Assembly: GCF_030684315.1 (NCBI RefSeq) | Contig: NC_081356.1 | Coordinates: 28,049,197-28,113,196, forward strand | Direction of reading: 5' to 3' | DNA length: 64,000 bases | From: Stegostoma tigrinum | Lineage: Eukaryota | Position numbers and translations under genes: made by a program | Shown here: positions 62,437-64,000 of the stretch, piece after piece | Numbering within the stretch: position 1 is the stretch's first letter | Layout of the letters: each line of letters starts with the position of its first letter | The notes under the pieces: generated by a model | The model's input: only the letters and a program-made list of their open reading frames with translations | Databases searched by the model: none | What the model was told of the DNA's origin: nothing

Positions 62437-64000
62437 TGTGCGCAGTGTCAGGTCCACCGCAAGATGTGTGTCCATGTTGGCCTACCTGACCACCATCGAG
62501 GCGGACCTCCTGTTTAAGCAGGAGTGCGGGATACCCCACCTCGGCAGGTACAGGAAATGGTCCGGCGCCTGGACCTGTGGGCCTTCGATCTGGTCTGGGG
62601 GTAACGACTGTCGCTCCTCGGGCCTGGCTATTCTGCTGCGGGGGCGCAACTTCACCATCTCTCAAGTTCAGGAGGTGGTTGGGGGGCGCCTCCTGGTGGC
62701 TGACGTCACCTACAGGAACGCTCCCCTGAGGCTGATCAACGTGTATGCCCCAGCGTACGGAGTGAGCAGTTGGCCGTCCTGCAGCGGCTTCCACCCCTGC
62801 TGGCTACGTCCAGGCCGGTCATCCTAGGCGGAGACTTCAACTGCATCATCGATGCAGATGGAAGATCCGGCGTGGGGACAGCGGGTGGGGGGAGTCAACT
62901 GGACGTCACGTCCAGATTCCTGATGGGCACGGTGAAGGACGCCAATGTCTTCAGCACCCCTGCAGACGGAGCGCAGCGGAGGTACACCTGGTCGCGGCCA
63001 GACGGCTCTATCCGCTCAAGGATAGACTTCCTGTTTGTGTCACGGGCATTCTCGGTCAGGTCCACCGGCGTCGAGCCGGTGTTCTTCTCTGACCACTGCC
63101 TCCTGCTGGCTGACTGTCACTTACAGGATGACCAGCCGGCCGGCAAGGGGACGTGGGAGCTTAACACGACTCTGTTGACCCCAGAGAACGTCGAGGAGCT
63201 TAAGAGGGAGTACGCCGGTTGGAGAACCGTGAAACCCCTCTTTGAGTCTCCAGGCGACTGGTGGCAGATGGTGAAGGAGAACATCAAGAGGTTCTTTGTC
63301 CTCAAGGGTGTTCAGAAGGCAAGAGAGAGGCGGGGAAAGCTGTCGCGACTCCAGAAAAGGGTGCCGAACCTGCTCCTTCTGCAGTTGATGGGGGTCGATG
63401 TCACGGAGGACCTCCGCGAGGTGAGGGGCCAGCAAGCCTTGCTCTTCGCCACGGAGGCCTCCCGGATAATCTTCCGGTCCACGGTCCGCTCCATGGAGCA
63501 GGACGAGACGTGCTCGCGTTTCTTCTTTCAGAAGGTGCACAAAGAGAGCTCTGTGCTTAGCCGGCTGAAGGAGGACGACGGCTCGGTGACGTCGTCTCGG
63601 CCCAACATTTTGAGGATCAGCAGATCCTTCTATGCCGGACTGTACGACATGAAGCCCACGGACAGCACGGCCTCCGAGTCGTTCCTGTCGTCTATCACGG
63701 AGGTCTTAGACGACGGCACGAGGGAGTGGCTGGACCGGCCGATATCCCTGGACGAGCTGACCAGAGCCCTCAAGTCCTTGGAGAGGAATAGGACTCCCGG
63801 AAGCGACGGCTTACCGGTCGAGCTGTATTCCGCTCTGTGGGGCCTGGTCGGCCAGGACCTGCTGGAGGTGTACGATAGTGCGCTTCAGGCAAGGGAAATG
63901 TGCAAGTCCATGAGGAAGGGCATCATCACCCTCATTTACAAGAGGAAGGGGGAGAGGGAAGAAATTAAGAATTGGCGTCCCATTTCACTTTTGAACGAGG
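62411..64000 (+). pseudogene. Tx1 ORF2 (APE endonuclease + RT N-terminus), one frameshift near 62755
   Basis: MGVRVASINVRS, QEC, INVYAP, then after the shift VILGGDFN, SRIDF, FSDH, WELN, TPGSDGL, NWRPISLLN; open to the window end. Confidence 0.88.

Larger units (their letters stand above)
60828..64000 (+). mobile_element. Tx1/L1-clade non-LTR retrotransposon, 5' portion (continues past the window)
   Basis: Abrupt shift to GC/CpG-rich sequence; ORF1 with CCHC knuckles; ORF2 with APE endonuclease and the start of RT. Confidence 0.92.

Noticed and set aside
60938-63560. Multiple antisense and alternative-frame ORFs in the GC-rich terminal region
   Set aside because: Expected from the low stop-codon frequency in GC-rich Tx1 coding sequence
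27112-64000. ENTREP1 exon 3 (expected VNLFVLLSVVCVLLNLAGFILGCQ-like)
   Set aside because: No matching AG-flanked reading found by eye; probably beyond the window, though a diverged exon could have been missed

Overview
Vertebrate genomic DNA. The repeat families present (HE1-like V-SINEs, Deu-domain SINEs, CR1, Penelope-like, Tx1) suggest a cartilaginous fish, probably a shark; this is inference. The window holds the last coding exon and 3' UTR of TJP2 (ZO-2; + strand, ending ...KYRDTEL*). It then holds the first two coding exons of ENTREP1/FAM189A2 (+ strand, 10179-10493 and 27055-27111), the same gene order as in human. I could not find a third ENTREP1 exon, so everything after 27.1 kb is probably intron 2. 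The rest is mostly decayed and nested transposable elements. Highlights: (i) at least five Penelope-like (PLE) end families, each with its own minimal hammerhead-ribozyme motif, found as short TSD-flanked and often palindromic insertions, with one intact core at 38233-38260; (ii) a SINE>Penelope>CR1 triple nest whose junction makes an in-frame 447-aa chimeric RT ORF; (iii) an exact 84-bp local templated duplication; (iv) a fossil intron-containing Harbinger Myb/SANT gene; (v) a young GC-rich Tx1/L1-clade element running off the right edge. Repeat boundaries were read by eye and are approximate unless a junction or TSD is quoted. Most short ORFs in the supplied track are TE fragments or chance ORFs.
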